The notes under the pieces were generated by a model. The model was not told where the DNA came from and did not search any database. It saw nothing but the letters and a program-made list of their open reading frames with translations. 64,000 bases of DNA from Gemmatimonas sp. Its GTDB lineage: Bacteria; Gemmatimonadota; Gemmatimonadetes; Gemmatimonadales; Gemmatimonadaceae. The stretch covers positions 53,788 through 117,787 of the forward strand of contig JANNVQ010000041.1 of assembly GCA_031414535.1 (NCBI GenBank). The letters are read 5' to 3'. Positions within the stretch are counted from its first letter, which is position 1; each line of letters begins with the position of its first letter. The translations under genes and the position numbers were made by a program. Below, in pieces: positions 29,307 to 40,744 of the stretch.

Positions 29307-30170
29307 ATGGCCTGGTTCCGCAAGGATAAGAAGCCCCGTCCGCCCCGCGTCACGCGCCTGGAGATTCCTCCGGACGCGTGGGAAAAGTGCGAGAGTTGTG
29401 GGCATACCGATATTCGCGAGAAGTTCGCACGCAATCACAACGTTTGCCCGAGCTGTGACCATCATCGGCGCATCCGGGCCCACGAGTACGCCGCGTTGCT
29501 CCTCGACGAGGGCACGCTCGACGAAAAGGACGTGGAACTGGCGAGCGTGGATCCGCTGGAGTTTCCGGAGTACAAGGGCCGCCTCAAGAAGGCGCTCGAC
29601 AAGGCTGGTGAGCACGACGCGATCCTCACCGTGGGCGGGACCATGGACACTATGCCCGTGCACTTGGGCGTGATGGACTTCGCGTTCATGGGTGGCTCGA
29701 TGGGCTCCGTGGTGGGCGAGAAGATTGCGCGCCTCGGTCAACGCTCCCTCGAGAAGAAGTGGCCGCTGATTTTGATTTCGGCATCGGGCGGCGCGCGCAT
29801 GCAGGAAGGCGTGCTCTCGCTGATGCAGATGGCCAAGACCTCCGCGATGCTTGCCCAGTTGGCCGAACGTCGTATCCCGTACGTCAGCATCCTGACGAAT
29901 CCGACCACTGGCGGCGTGAGCGCGAGCTACGCCATGCTGGGCGACGCCATCATCGCCGAACCCGGCGCCGTGATTGGCTTTGCCGGCCCTCGCGTGATTA
30001 AGCAGACGCTCGGGCAAGATTTGCCCGAGGGCTTCCAAACGGCGGAGTTCCTCTTGACCCACGGCATGGTGGATCAGGTGGTGCATCGCCACCAGTTGAA
30101 GCGCGTCGTCGGGACGTTGCTGCGCCATATGAGTGGCAAGCCCGCCGCGACAGGGTGGACGTCCGCCTGA
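29307..30170 (+). CDS. accD: Acetyl-CoA carboxylase carboxyltransferase beta subunit
   Basis: CxxC...CxxC Zn finger, FMGGSMGSVVGEK, SGGARMQEG, PTTGGVSAS. Confidence 0.96.
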   Translation: MAWFRKDKKPRPPRVTRLEIPPDAWEKCESCGHTDIREKFARNHNVCPSCDHHRRIRAHEYAALLLDEGTLDEKDVELASVDPLEFPEYKGRLKKALDKAGEHDAILTVGGTMDTMPVHLGVMDFAFMGGSMGSVVGEKIARLGQRSLEKKWPLILISASGGARMQEGVLSLMQMAKTSAMLAQLAERRIPYVSILTNPTTGGVSASYAMLGDAIIAEPGAVIGFAGPRVIKQTLGQDLPEGFQTAEFLLTHGMVDQVVHRHQLKRVVGTLLRHMSGKPAATGWTSA

Positions 30171-31450
30171 GAGACGGTGCGTACCGCGCGGCGCTCGATG
30201 CGCTGTTTGCGCGCACGACGGGGCAATGGAAGCTGGGGCTCGAACGAGTCACCGGCTTCTTGGCCGAAATGGGCGACCCACATCGTGACCTTCAGGTGCT
30301 GCACGTGGCAGGCACCAACGGGAAGGGTTCGGTCTGTGCGCTGCTTGAGGGGGCTCTCCGCGCGCGTGGCTTAAAGGTCGGTAAGTACACCTCGCCGCAC
30401 CTGGTGAACTTCAGTGAGCGCTTCGTGGTGGACGGCCATCCGCTTGCGGATGAGACCATCGCCGCTTGGCTGGAGCGCTGGACGCCCGCTGTAGAACGCC
30501 ACGGCGCCACGTTTTTTGAAGCCACCACGGCCATGGGTTTTCAGCTCTTTCGCGACGCCGGTGTGGATGTGGCGGTGATCGAGACTGGACTGGGCGGGCG
30601 TTTGGACGCCACGAACGTAGTCCATCCGTTGGTAGCCGGGGTTTCGGGCATTGGGGTGGACCACACGGAGTGGTTAGGGACCACGCGCGAGGCGATTGCT
30701 CCCGAGAAGGCGGGCATTTTTAAGGCTGGGGCGCCCGCGGTGATTGGCGAGCCCGATTTGAGTATCCGCAGCATTCTTCTCTCCGAGGCGGTACGGCGCG
30801 GTGCCTCGCCCACGCGTGTGGTGGCCGACGAAGGCCGGGCCGAGGAAGTGGCGGTGAGTGCGGCGGGGACGCGCTTCACGTGGGTGCGGCCCAAGGGCAG
30901 GCTTGAGGTCTCGACGGGCTTAGCGGGCCGCCACCAGGCCCAGAACGCGCTCACGGCGCTGACCATGCTTGACTCCTTACCTCCCGAACTCTGGCGACCC
31001 AGCGCCGAGGATGTGCTGGCCTTTCGCTCGGTGCGCTTGCCTGGTCGTTTCTCGCGGCACGGCGCGTGGATTTTTGACGTGGCCCACAACCCCGACGGGT
31101 CCGCCGTGACGGCCCTGACCCTGCGTGGCATGGCCGTGGCGCGCCCGGTGGTGGCCCTCATGAGCGTGCTTGGTGACAAGGACTGGCGGGGCATGCTTTC
31201 GGCACTGAGCGGGGAGGTGGACCACTTCGTCCTCACCGACGCGCCTACCGCTCCATCCAGCCGTTCTTGGGACAGCGCTGAGGTGCTCGCGTACGTGAAA
31301 TCGAGAGGCTGGAGCGCCGAATTGCAGCCGGATTTTGATCGAGCGCTGGCGGTTGCGCCGGAGCGTGGTGCCACGGTGCTGGTGACGGGGAGTTTTCACA
31401 CTGTCGGCGACGCGATGGCGCGGTTGCAGGTGTCTCCGACGACCGCGTAA
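30155..31450 (+). CDS. folC: Folylpolyglutamate synthase / dihydrofolate synthase
   Basis: HVAGTNGKGS, YTSPHL, ETGLGGRLDATN, DVAHNP, VTGS. Confidence 0.94.
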   Translation: MDVRLRDGAYRAALDALFARTTGQWKLGLERVTGFLAEMGDPHRDLQVLHVAGTNGKGSVCALLEGALRARGLKVGKYTSPHLVNFSERFVVDGHPLADETIAAWLERWTPAVERHGATFFEATTAMGFQLFRDAGVDVAVIETGLGGRLDATNVVHPLVAGVSGIGVDHTEWLGTTREAIAPEKAGIFKAGAPAVIGEPDLSIRSILLSEAVRRGASPTRVVADEGRAEEVAVSAAGTRFTWVRPKGRLEVSTGLAGRHQAQNALTALTMLDSLPPELWRPSAEDVLAFRSVRLPGRFSRHGAWIFDVAHNPDGSAVTALTLRGMAVARPVVALMSVLGDKDWRGMLSALSGEVDHFVLTDAPTAPSSRSWDSAEVLAYVKSRGWSAELQPDFDRALAVAPERGATVLVTGSFHTVGDAMARLQVSPTTA

Positions 31451-31458
31451 ATTGCTGG

Positions 31459-32817
31459 ATGGCAAGCGCTGCATTACCAGGTTTCCGCGATTTCTACCCT
31501 GAGGAGCTTTCCCGCCGCGCCCACATCTTTGGCGCTTGGCGGAACGTGGCGCGCAGGTACGCCTTCGTCGAGTACGATGGGCCGCCCCTAGAGCCGCTCG
31601 ATCTGTACACCAAGAAGTCGGGTGACGAAATTGTCGGTCAACTCTACAACTTCACGGATAAGGGTGGCCGCGAGGTGTCGTTGCGCCCCGAGATGACGCC
31701 GACGTTTGCGCGCATGGTTGGCGCAAAGGCAAGCGCGATTCGGAAGCCCGTACGTTGGTTCTCCGTGCCGCAGCTCTTCCGCTACGAGCGGGCCCAGCGC
31801 GGACGTTTGCGCGAGCACTATCAGCTGAACGTGGACATCGTCGGCGAGGCGAGCGAAGTCGCCGATGCTGAACTGCTCTGTGTAGCTGTGGACATCATGC
31901 GGGAGCTCGGGCTCACGCATGAGGATGTGCGGGCGCGCGTGAGTGACCGTCGCCTGCTGAGTGGTGTGCTTGAGGCGCTTGGCGTGAGCGCCGAGCAGCG
32001 CCCAACGGTCTTTAGCGTATTCGACAAGATTGCGCGTCAGCCGCGCGAGGTGAGCACGCAGAAGCTCTCGGCCGCGGGCCTCGAGGCGCCGACGATCGAG
32101 CGCGTTCTTGGCCTTGCCTCCGGAACGACGTTCGCCGATTTGCAGCGCGAGTTTGGGGAGGTGGCTGCCGCCAAGGAATCCATCGCGCGCTTTGCGAAGT
32201 ATCTCGAGCACTGTGCGTCACTGGGCATTGGCCCTTGGGTCACGCTCGACCTCTCGATTGTGCGCGGGCTCGCGTACTACACGGGCGTCGTGTTCGAACT
32301 GTTCGACGCCAAGGGTGAACTGCGCGCCATCTGCGGTGGTGGTCGCTATGACGATCTGCTCAAGGCCATCGGTGGCGCGGATATGCCGGCGCTCGGATTC
32401 GGCATGGGCGATGTGGTGCTTGGCGAGTTGCTCACGGAACGCGGCCTGTGGCCCGAGCCGCAGCAAGACGCCGTGGATTTCACCATTGTCGCTGGCAATG
32501 GTGCAATCAACCGACCCTATGGTGATGTGCTCAAGCTTGCGCGCACGTTGCGCGATGCGGGCTTCTCGGTGGCGCATGGACTCAACGAGGAGCGCTACAA
32601 GTCTCAGGCGACGCGCAATCAGGTGGACGGCGCGCGCAAGGCGGGATCAAGCGCGGTGATTTACTTCCGCGAGGATGGAGCCGTGGAGGCCATGAGCCTT
32701 CTCGGCAAGATGACGGGGGCCGCGACGCACGCGGTGGACGCTCTGGCGGCGCTTTCGGGCGACGCACAGGCGATGCAGGCGCTGCGGCTTTGGCTGCAGA
32801 CGCAGCGTGGACGCTAG
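31459..32817 (+). CDS. hisS: Histidine-tRNA ligase
   Basis: LRPEMTP, FRYERAQRGRLREHYQ, VRGLAYYTG, GGGRYD. Confidence 0.96.
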   Translation: MASAALPGFRDFYPEELSRRAHIFGAWRNVARRYAFVEYDGPPLEPLDLYTKKSGDEIVGQLYNFTDKGGREVSLRPEMTPTFARMVGAKASAIRKPVRWFSVPQLFRYERAQRGRLREHYQLNVDIVGEASEVADAELLCVAVDIMRELGLTHEDVRARVSDRRLLSGVLEALGVSAEQRPTVFSVFDKIARQPREVSTQKLSAAGLEAPTIERVLGLASGTTFADLQREFGEVAAAKESIARFAKYLEHCASLGIGPWVTLDLSIVRGLAYYTGVVFELFDAKGELRAICGGGRYDDLLKAIGGADMPALGFGMGDVVLGELLTERGLWPEPQQDAVDFTIVAGNGAINRPYGDVLKLARTLRDAGFSVAHGLNEERYKSQATRNQVDGARKAGSSAVIYFREDGAVEAMSLLGKMTGAATHAVDALAALSGDAQAMQALRLWLQTQRGR

Positions 32818-32825
32818 GATGACTG

Positions 32826-34298
32826 ATGGCTGACGATAAGAAGCTTCCGACGCGAGCGGAGAACTTCTCCGACTGGTACAACGAACTCGTCCTTAGGGCT
32901 GAGCTAGCTGACTATTCGCCCGTGAAGGGCTCAATGGTCATTCGCCCCAACGGCTACGGCATCTGGGAGCGTATGCAGCGCGCGCTCGATGACATGTTCA
33001 AGGCGACGGGGCATGTGAACGCCTACTTCCCTCTCTTCATCCCGCAGAGCTTCCTGAGCAAGGAAGCGCAGCACGTGGAGGGCTTCGCGCCTGAAACGGC
33101 GGTGGTTACGCACGGCGGTGGCAAGCTGCTCGAGGAGCCGCTGGTCGTGCGGCCCACTTCCGAGACCATCATCTACCACATGTTCGCGAAGTGGACGCAG
33201 AGCTATCGCGACCTGCCCATCCTGATGAATCAGTGGGCGAATGTGGTGCGCTGGGAAATGCGCACGCGCTTGTTCCTGCGGACGCTGGAGTTTCTCTGGC
33301 AGGAGGGCCACACCGCGCACGCCACGCATGATGAGGCTGAGGAAGAGGCGCGCAAGATGCTGGGCGTGTACCGCGAATTTATGGAAGGCTGGATCGCGAT
33401 GCCGGTGGTGACCGGGCAGAAGACCGAGAGCGAAAAGTTTGCCGGTGCGCTGCGCACGTATTCGTGCGAAGCGATGATGCAGGACAACAAGGCGCTGCAG
33501 GCGGGCACCTCGCACAACCTGGGGCAGAATTTCGCGAAGGCCTTCGAGCTCAAGTTTCAGGACCAGAACGGCGAGATGGCCTTTGCATGGAACACGTCTT
33601 GGGGTGTATCCACACGTATGGTCGGCGGCTTGGTGATGACGCACTCGGACGATAACGGGCTCGTGACGCCACCACGCCTGGCGCCAATCGAAGTCGTGAT
33701 TGTTCCTGTCTACAAGACGGACGAGGAGCGCACGCGGATGGTGGAAGCCGCGCACACGGTGAAGGACGAACTCACGGCGTGGACTGGGCGCGGCGCCAGC
33801 GACACGCTGCGCGTGAAGGTTGACGACCGCGACGGCGTAAAGCCTGGCGCCAAGTACTACGAATGGGAATTACGCGGCGTCCCGTTGCGTCTAGAGATTG
33901 GGCCGAAGGATTTAGAAAAACAGTCCGTATTCTCGGCGCGTCGAGACACGCGCGCGAAGGCCGCCCTCCCGATGGCAGGATTGCCGGCAAGCGTTGCGGC
34001 CCTGCTGGAGACGATGCAGAACGATCTGCTTGCCGCCGCCAAGGCGCGTCGCGAAGCCAATTCGCATCGTTCGGTGAAGAGCTACGACGAATTCAAGCAG
34101 ATTATTGAAGGTCCGGGCGGCTTCGTGTACGCCGGGTGGAACGGCGATCCGGCCATTGAGGCCAAGGTGAAGGAAGAGACAAAGGCCACTATCCGCTGCA
34201 TTCCTGATCCGGAGTTCCGCACGCCGGGCGGGCAGGCCACCTGTCTTGTCACGGGCGAGCCGGCCAAGCATGAGGTTGTGTGGGCCAAGGCGTACTGA
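32826..34298 (+). CDS. proS: Proline-tRNA ligase (archaeal/eukaryote-type, no INS editing domain)
   Basis: RPTSET, QWANVVRWE, EFLWQEGHT, QAGTSHNLGQNF, C-terminal AKAY. Confidence 0.96.
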   Translation: MADDKKLPTRAENFSDWYNELVLRAELADYSPVKGSMVIRPNGYGIWERMQRALDDMFKATGHVNAYFPLFIPQSFLSKEAQHVEGFAPETAVVTHGGGKLLEEPLVVRPTSETIIYHMFAKWTQSYRDLPILMNQWANVVRWEMRTRLFLRTLEFLWQEGHTAHATHDEAEEEARKMLGVYREFMEGWIAMPVVTGQKTESEKFAGALRTYSCEAMMQDNKALQAGTSHNLGQNFAKAFELKFQDQNGEMAFAWNTSWGVSTRMVGGLVMTHSDDNGLVTPPRLAPIEVVIVPVYKTDEERTRMVEAAHTVKDELTAWTGRGASDTLRVKVDDRDGVKPGAKYYEWELRGVPLRLEIGPKDLEKQSVFSARRDTRAKAALPMAGLPASVAALLETMQNDLLAAAKARREANSHRSVKSYDEFKQIIEGPGGFVYAGWNGDPAIEAKVKEETKATIRCIPDPEFRTPGGQATCLVTGEPAKHEVVWAKAY

Positions 34299-35572
34299 TG
34301 GTTGAGGGCTTCGCGCGCCACGACGGCGAGCTGTACGCTGAGGACGTGCCGCTCAAGCGTATTGCCGAGGCAGTGGGCACGCCGGCGTACGTGTATAGCG
34401 CGGCCACCATTCGTGAGCGCGTGCGACGCCTCGAGGTGGCGCTCGAGGGTATTCCGCACCGCGTGCACTATGCGGCAAAAGCCAACTCAAGTGGTGCTGT
34501 GCTGCGTGAGTTGCGCGATTGCGGCGTGGCGGTAGATGTGGTGAGCGGGGGCGAACTGTTCAAGTCCATTCGCGCCGGATTCCGTCCGGAAACCGACATC
34601 ATCTTCGGCGGGGTGGGTAAGACCATACGCGAAATCGCCGAAGCGGTGGGAGTGGGCGTGAAGCTCATCAACGTGGAGAGCGAAGCCGAGCTGCGGCTCG
34701 TCTCCGAGTGGGCAGTGGAGCTCAAACAGCCGGCGCGCGTGGGGATTCGCGTGAATCCGGAAGTTGAGGTCGAGACGGCCCACGAGTACATCGCGACCGG
34801 CGACAAGGAGCACAAGTTCGGCGTGCCGCTGGACGATGCCCTGCGCGTGGCCCGTTTGGCGATGACTCTGCCGAGCGTTTCTCTTGTGGGCCTGCAGATG
34901 CACGTCGGCTCGCAACTGTACTCGTATGCGGCGTACCGCGACGGGGCCGAGAAGCTGGTGGCGCTCTCCAAGACGCTGCGCAATGAAGGCGCGACGATTC
35001 GCTATTTAGACCTTGGTGGTGGGCTGCCGGTCCCCTATGCGCCCACTGAAGGCGAGCCTGACCTCGCGGCATATGGTGCCGTGATGCGTGCCGCCGCCGA
35101 ATCGCTCGGTGATGTGGAGCTCTTGGTAGAGCACGGTCGCTATTTGATTGGCGCCTCTGCCGTGCTTGTCACCGAGGTTCTGTACCGCAAGCACAATGGA
35201 GGCACGAACTTTGTCATCTGCGATGCCGGCATGACGGAGTTGATTCGCCCCTCGCACTATGACGCGTATCATCACGTGGAGCCGGTGGGCCAGGTTGCCG
35301 GCCACATTACAGCTGACGTGGTGGGGCCGGTGTGCGAGAGCGGGGATTTCATTGCGGTGGCACGCACGCTCGCCGACGTGCAGCCGGGAGACTTACTCGC
35401 GGTGCACACGGTTGGCGCGTATGGTTCGGCTATGGCCTCGCGGTACAATGCACGCGGGTTCGCGGCGGAAGTGATGGTCGATGGCAATCGCTGGGCCGTA
35501 GTGACAGCGCCTGAGGACTACACGGATCTCGTGCGGCAGGATGTGGTTTCCCCCGACTGGCAGGAGTGCTGA
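34298..35572 (+). CDS. lysA: Diaminopimelate decarboxylase
   Basis: YAAKAN (PLP lysine), KFG, HVGSQ, DLGGG, GPVCESGD, GAYG. Confidence 0.9.
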   Translation: MVEGFARHDGELYAEDVPLKRIAEAVGTPAYVYSAATIRERVRRLEVALEGIPHRVHYAAKANSSGAVLRELRDCGVAVDVVSGGELFKSIRAGFRPETDIIFGGVGKTIREIAEAVGVGVKLINVESEAELRLVSEWAVELKQPARVGIRVNPEVEVETAHEYIATGDKEHKFGVPLDDALRVARLAMTLPSVSLVGLQMHVGSQLYSYAAYRDGAEKLVALSKTLRNEGATIRYLDLGGGLPVPYAPTEGEPDLAAYGAVMRAAAESLGDVELLVEHGRYLIGASAVLVTEVLYRKHNGGTNFVICDAGMTELIRPSHYDAYHHVEPVGQVAGHITADVVGPVCESGDFIAVARTLADVQPGDLLAVHTVGAYGSAMASRYNARGFAAEVMVDGNRWAVVTAPEDYTDLVRQDVVSPDWQEC

Positions 35573-36081
35573 TGCGTATTGGATTGATGTCGGACACGCA
35601 CGACCGAGTCCCGGCGATTGATGCCTTGCTGCGCGAGATGCTGGCGCGTGGCGTGAACTTCGTATTGCACGCAGGGGACTTTTGCTCTCCCTTTTCGCTG
35701 AAGCCCTTTCAAGATCACAACATTGCAATGGCCGGTGTATTTGGCCGCAATGATGGTGACCATGAGGGGCTGATGTCCGCCGCGGCTCAGGGCGTGGGGC
35801 AGGAACTCTTTGAGTCTCCGCACGGCATGACCATGCTGGAGAGCAAGATTCTCATTGTGCATGACATCGGCGAAGTGGTGGAGCGCTCTGTCCTCGCGCA
35901 TCGGATTGTGGTGCACGGGCACACCCACCTGCAGGAAATGAAGACGCGCAATGACACCCTGATTGTGAACCCGGGCGAGGCTTGCGGCTGGCTTTACGGC
36001 GCACCGTCGGCGGCGATTCTCGACATTGATACCAAGCAGGTCGAGTTCGTCAAGCTTGATGGCCCGGAGTGGACGAAGTGA
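35572..36081 (+). CDS. YfcE/MJ0936-like metallophosphoesterase
   Basis: SDTHD, HAGD, GRND, HGHTH, NPGE. Confidence 0.9.
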   Translation: MRIGLMSDTHDRVPAIDALLREMLARGVNFVLHAGDFCSPFSLKPFQDHNIAMAGVFGRNDGDHEGLMSAAAQGVGQELFESPHGMTMLESKILIVHDIGEVVERSVLAHRIVVHGHTHLQEMKTRNDTLIVNPGEACGWLYGAPSAAILDIDTKQVEFVKLDGPEWTK

Positions 36082-37631
36082 ATCATCTCGGTTCGCGGAT
36101 CCTGATTCTCGATTGCGGTTCACAATTCACGCAGCTCATTGCTCGACGCGTCCGCGAGGCGCGGGTGTTCTCGGAGATTCATCCGCCCACGCGTTCCATC
36201 GAGTGGATTCGTGAGTGGAAGCCTACGGCCATCATCCTCTCGGGCGGCCCAAGCTCCGTGACGGACGATGGGGCACCGAACTTCGACCCAGCCATTCTCG
36301 ACCTCGCTCCGGTGTTGGGGGTGTGCTATGGCATGCAGTGGATTGCCCACGTCTCTGGTGGACAAGTGAAGGGCGGCGGGCATCGCGAGTATGGCCGCGC
36401 CGAGATTGAGGTGAAGGAGACGGGCGGATTGTTCGCGGGCTTCGACAAGCACGAGCGTTCGATTGTCTGGATGAGCCACGGTGACCATGTGGAAGTGGTG
36501 CCCAAAGGCTACGTCCTCACGGCCTCCAGCGATGGCAATCCGGTGGTGGCATTCCGTCACGAGACGAAGCCGATTCACGCTGTGCAGTTTCACGCCGAGG
36601 TGGCGCACTCTGTTCGTGGCGCGGAGATCATCCAGAACTTCCTGTTTGGCATCGCCGGGGCGAAGCCCGATTGGACGCCCGGGCACTTCATCGAGCAGGA
36701 AGTGGCGCGAATCAAGGCTCTCGTCGGTGATGCGCAGGTCATCTGCGGCCTGTCTGGCGGTGTGGACTCATCGGTAGCGGCTGCCCTCGTGCACCGCGCG
36801 ATTGGCGATCAGCTCACGTGCATTTTCGTGGACACGGGCTTGCTGCGCCTGCACGAGCGCGAGCAAGTGGAGCGCACGATGGGCCAGCACCTTGGCATCA
36901 AACTGGTGACGGTGCGCGCCGAGGATCGCTTCTTGAATGCGCTCTCAGGACTCGACGACCCTGAGAAGAAGCGCAAGGCGATTGGGCACACCTTCATTGA
37001 TGTGTTTGAGGATGCGTCGGCCAAGGAAGGGAAGGACGCCAAGTATCTCGTGCAGGGCACGCTGTATCCGGACGTGATTGAGTCCGTGAGTGCGAAGGGC
37101 GGCCCCAGCGCGACGATTAAGACGCATCACAATGTGGGCGGGCTGAAGCCGGATATGATGTTCAAGCTCATTGAGCCGCTGCGCGAGCTGTTCAAGGACG
37201 AAGTGCGCAATGTGGGACGCGAACTCGGGCTGCCTGAGGAGATGGTGGGCCGTCATCCGTTCCCGGGCCCCGGCTTGGCGATTCGTGTGCTCGGCGCCGT
37301 GGACCCAGTCAACGTCGATACCCTGCGACGGGCCGATGCCATCTACCTCGAAGAGATTCGTGCTGCGGGCCTCTACAATGAGATTTGGCAAGCATTCGCG
37401 GTGTTTCTGCCGGTGCGGAGCGTCGGCGTGATGGGCGACGGTCGCACCTATGAGCATGTGATTGCGCTGCGCGCGGTGACGTCCACGGATGGTATGACCG
37501 CCGATTGGTATCCGTTTCCGTACGATGTACTCGCGCGTATCTCCAACCGCATCATTCGGGAAGTGAAGGGGATTAATCGCGTGGTGTACGACATCAGCTC
37601 GAAGCCGCCCGCGACGATTGAGTGGGAGTAG
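36078..37631 (+). CDS. guaA: GMP synthase (glutamine-hydrolysing)
   Basis: [33 protein letters not shown]-terminal KPPATIEWE. Confidence 0.98.
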   Translation: MNHLGSRILILDCGSQFTQLIARRVREARVFSEIHPPTRSIEWIREWKPTAIILSGGPSSVTDDGAPNFDPAILDLAPVLGVCYGMQWIAHVSGGQVKGGGHREYGRAEIEVKETGGLFAGFDKHERSIVWMSHGDHVEVVPKGYVLTASSDGNPVVAFRHETKPIHAVQFHAEVAHSVRGAEIIQNFLFGIAGAKPDWTPGHFIEQEVARIKALVGDAQVICGLSGGVDSSVAAALVHRAIGDQLTCIFVDTGLLRLHEREQVERTMGQHLGIKLVTVRAEDRFLNALSGLDDPEKKRKAIGHTFIDVFEDASAKEGKDAKYLVQGTLYPDVIESVSAKGGPSATIKTHHNVGGLKPDMMFKLIEPLRELFKDEVRNVGRELGLPEEMVGRHPFPGPGLAIRVLGAVDPVNVDTLRRADAIYLEEIRAAGLYNEIWQAFAVFLPVRSVGVMGDGRTYEHVIALRAVTSTDGMTADWYPFPYDVLARISNRIIREVKGINRVVYDISSKPPATIEWE

Positions 37632-37638
37632 GCTGAAG

Positions 37639-37780
37639 CCGGAACTGCTTCACCACGAAGGCAAGAAGGGAGCCGTGACAATCTTTCGGCCCCGCGCTCC
37701 CAAGAGGCCCTTCTTCTTGTGGTGTCGCGGGGCCGAGTATATGCACTGAGCCCTTCGTGCCTTCGAGGTGAACGCCGTTA
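37639..37780. repeat. Long palindromic element, copy 1
   Basis: CCGGAACTGC-TTCACCACGAAGGCAAGAAGGG ... CCCTTCGTGCCTTCGAGGTGAA-CGCCGTTA, with inner stem TCGGCCCCGCG/CGCGGGGCCGA. Confidence 0.8.
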
Positions 37781-37782
37781 GC

Positions 37783-37803
37783 TTCCGTCTTCCGTCATCC
37801 GTC
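37783..37803 (+). repeat. Heptamer array (WTCCGTC)3, solo 3' arm
   Basis: TTCCGTC TTCCGTC ATCCGTC ending 10 nt before the MATE GTG. Confidence 0.82.
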
Positions 37804-37813
37804 CCGTCCCCAA

Positions 37814-39178
37814 GTGAACCTCGCCACACTCCGCCCCACGAAGTCTGAGTTGATTGAAATGGCCCGCCTGGCCACCCCGATCGTGCTCGTGAACCTCGGC
37901 ATGCAGAGCATGGGTCTCGTGGACGCCATCATGCTCGGGCGCGTCTCCTCGGCGGCGCTCGCCGCTGGTGGACTCGGCAATTTCTATTTCTGGGTCGTGT
38001 CCATCATTGGCATCGGCATTTTGATGGCGTTGGATCCCGTCATTGCCCAAGGCGTGGGCGCCAAAGATGAGGCACAGATTGCGCGTGGCATACAGCGGGG
38101 CGTCGTGATGACGGCTATCATCGCGGTGATCGTGTCGCTGCTCTTCCTGCCCGCGCGGCCGTTGCTGGAGTTGTTGCGGCAACCGGAGGAAGTCGTGCCG
38201 CTCGCGGCGGCCTATGTGCTCTGGAGCATTCCCGGAATGCTGCCGTTCTTTGCCTTCAACATGCTCCGCCAGACGCTGCAGGCTTTCCATCGGGTAGGCC
38301 CCGTAGTCGTCGGCGCGATCGTGGGAAACCTTGTAAATGGGTTTCTCAACTGGGTGCTGATTTACGGCAATCTGGGATTTACGGCGCGAGGGGTGGTCGG
38401 CTCGTCCATTGCGACGAGTGTTTCACGATGGGTGATGGCGCTCGTCGTCTTGGCAGCGGCGTGGCCCACCGTTAAGCCCTATCTCACACGGTGGCATCGT
38501 GAAAGCTTGGCGCTCGCGCCGCTCATGCGGATGTTCCGCCTTGGCTTTCCTGTGGGCATGCAATTCTTCGCCGAGGCGGGAGCCTTTGGCTTGACCACTG
38601 TGATGACGGGGTGGATGGGGACGTCGGTGCTCGCTGGGCACGAGATTGCTCTAAGCCTCGCGTCCATGACCTTCATGGTGCCGATGGGGGTGGCCGCCGC
38701 CGCTGCGGTGATGGTGGGTCACGCCATTGGCCGTGGTGACGTGGCCGCCTCGCGTCGCGATGCGGTGGCTGCACTGGTAGTCGGCGTAGGCTTCATGGCG
38801 GGCTGTGCCTTGCTCTTCGCTATTATTCCAGAAGCGCTTGCAAGCGCCTACACGCGAGACGCGACGACCTTTGCCTTAGCCGCAACACTCATTCCGATTG
38901 CGGCGGTGTTCCAAGTCTTTGACGGAACACAGGTCATTTGCTCAAGCATCCTGCGCGGCGCTGGTGACACGCGGGTGCCGGCTATCTTGCACGCGCTGAG
39001 CTTCTGGGCCGTCGGCATACCGCTGGGCGCGCTGATTGCCTTTACGTTCAAGCAGGGTGCGGCTGGCCTGTGGTGGGGACTCACGGCAGGTCTCGCGGCG
39101 GCGGCGGTACTACAGCTTCACCGCGTGAGGCTCAAGCTCGGCAGGGATATCGCACGCGTCATGGTTGACGCGCACTAG
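37814..39178 (+). CDS. MATE family efflux transporter (NorM-like)
   Basis: VDAIMLGR, about 12 TMs, [24 protein letters not shown]. Confidence 0.92.
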   Translation: MNLATLRPTKSELIEMARLATPIVLVNLGMQSMGLVDAIMLGRVSSAALAAGGLGNFYFWVVSIIGIGILMALDPVIAQGVGAKDEAQIARGIQRGVVMTAIIAVIVSLLFLPARPLLELLRQPEEVVPLAAAYVLWSIPGMLPFFAFNMLRQTLQAFHRVGPVVVGAIVGNLVNGFLNWVLIYGNLGFTARGVVGSSIATSVSRWVMALVVLAAAWPTVKPYLTRWHRESLALAPLMRMFRLGFPVGMQFFAEAGAFGLTTVMTGWMGTSVLAGHEIALSLASMTFMVPMGVAAAAAVMVGHAIGRGDVAASRRDAVAALVVGVGFMAGCALLFAIIPEALASAYTRDATTFALAATLIPIAAVFQVFDGTQVICSSILRGAGDTRVPAILHALSFWAVGIPLGALIAFTFKQGAAGLWWGLTAGLAAAAVLQLHRVRLKLGRDIARVMVDAH

Positions 39179-40716
39179 CGTCGCCGGCTGCCGCCAAGGA
39201 GCCCGCCGAGTACTCCGCGCAGGATGGAGCGCGAGATGGCAGTGCCCGTAGAACGTGCCGCGCTCTTGGCCATGATGTCTACGAGACCATCGCGCTTACC
39301 GCCGCGGGGCCCCGTACTTCCGAACAGCAGCCCGCCGAGTGCTCCGGCGATTCCTCCGGCTGCAGTCGCCGCAGCATTCCCACCACCGCTTGCGGTCGGA
39401 TTGCTCGCACCGCCCCCAGCACCGCCGTTAGCCGGCGCACTCTCGGCGCGAGCCTTCAGCATCTCAAACGCCGAGTCCCGGTCCACCTGCTTCTCGTACA
39501 CTTCTGCGACCACGGACTGCGCGAGTACGCCAGCGCGCTCCTCGGCGGACATCGGACCGATGCGGCTCCCCGGTGCCATCATCCACACGCGTTCGGTGAT
39601 GCCGGGCGTGCCTTTGGCATCGAGCAGAGATACCAACGCTTCGCCCACGGAGAGTTCGAGGATGGCCTGTTCGATGTTGAGCGAGGGGTTGGGCCGCATG
39701 GTCTCTGCCGTAGCGCGCACGGCCTTTTGATCACGCGGCGTGAATGCGCGTAAGGCGTGTTGAATGCGATTGCCGAGCTGCCCCAACACCTTCTCGGGGA
39801 TGTCCATCGGATTCTGTGTCACGAAGTACACGCCCACGCCTTTGGAGCGGATAAGGCGCACGACGAGCTCCACCTTTTCGAGCAGTGCCGCTGGAGCGTC
39901 GGCAAACAGCAAGTGCGCTTCGTCAAAGAAAAACACCAGCTTCGGCTTCTCGAGATCACCAACTTCGGGCAGGTTCTCGTACAACTCGCTCAGGAGCCAG
40001 AGCAGCGTGCAGGCGTAGAGGCGCGGGTTATGCATCAATTGGTCGGCCGCGAGAATATTCACCACGCCCTTGCCGTCCACGGTCTGCATCAGGTCATCGA
40101 TGTTGAGCATGGGCTCACCAAAGAATGACTCGGCACCTTGCTGCTCAAGTTGCAACAGTCCACGCTGGATGGCGCCGATGCTGGCAGCGGACACGTTCCC
40201 GTACTGCGTCTTAAACTCCGCTGCGTTGTCGCCCACGAACTGCAACATGGAGCGTAAATCCTTCAAGTCCAGCAGCAGCAAGCCGTTGTCGTCTGCCACC
40301 TGGAAGCAGATGGCCAGCACTCCTTCCTGCGTGTCGTTCAGGTTGAGCAGCCGAGAGAGGAGGAGGGGCCCCATGTCGGAGATGGTCGCGCGCACCGGGT
40401 GGCCCTGCTTCCCGAACACATCCCAGCATGTGACGGGGCAGGCACCAAATGCTGGCTCAGGGAGTCCGAGCTTGGCGAGGCGTTCCTGCAACTTGGGGCT
40501 CATCTGGCCGGCGTGTGCAATGCCGCCGAGGTCGCCCTTCACGTCGGCGAGGAACACGGGCACGCCAATGCGAGAGAAGTGCTCCGTGAGGACCTGAAGC
40601 GAAATCGTCTTGCCGGTGCCGGTGGCGCCCGTGATGCAGCCGTGGCGGTTGGCGAGGGCAGGGAGCATCGCGAGTTCGGTGCTCGCGTTCTTGGCGATTG
40701 TCAGTGGGTTGGCCAT
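39175..40716 (-). CDS. DUF853 / YjgR HerA-like P-loop ATPase
   Basis: [50 protein letters not shown]. Confidence 0.92.
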   Translation of the reverse strand: MANPLTIAKNASTELAMLPALANRHGCITGATGTGKTISLQVLTEHFSRIGVPVFLADVKGDLGGIAHAGQMSPKLQERLAKLGLPEPAFGACPVTCWDVFGKQGHPVRATISDMGPLLLSRLLNLNDTQEGVLAICFQVADDNGLLLLDLKDLRSMLQFVGDNAAEFKTQYGNVSAASIGAIQRGLLQLEQQGAESFFGEPMLNIDDLMQTVDGKGVVNILAADQLMHNPRLYACTLLWLLSELYENLPEVGDLEKPKLVFFFDEAHLLFADAPAALLEKVELVVRLIRSKGVGVYFVTQNPMDIPEKVLGQLGNRIQHALRAFTPRDQKAVRATAETMRPNPSLNIEQAILELSVGEALVSLLDAKGTPGITERVWMMAPGSRIGPMSAEERAGVLAQSVVAEVYEKQVDRDSAFEMLKARAESAPANGGAGGGASNPTASGGGNAAATAAGGIAGALGGLLFGSTGPRGGKRDGLVDIMAKSAARSTGTAISRSILRGVLGGLLGGSRRR

Positions 40717-40744
40717 ACCGAATTGTGGCACGCGCGATCGGAAT

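Noticed and set aside
32826..34298. Archaeal/eukaryote-type ProRS and long-type PurB as recent horizontal transfers
   Set aside because: Both types are common in several bacterial phyla, codon usage looks like that of neighbouring genes, and both sit in core operons
39175..40716. DUF853 HerA-like ATPase as an anti-phage defence system
   Set aside because: It matches the widespread stand-alone YjgR type, with no nuclease, SIR2 or other effector partner adjacent
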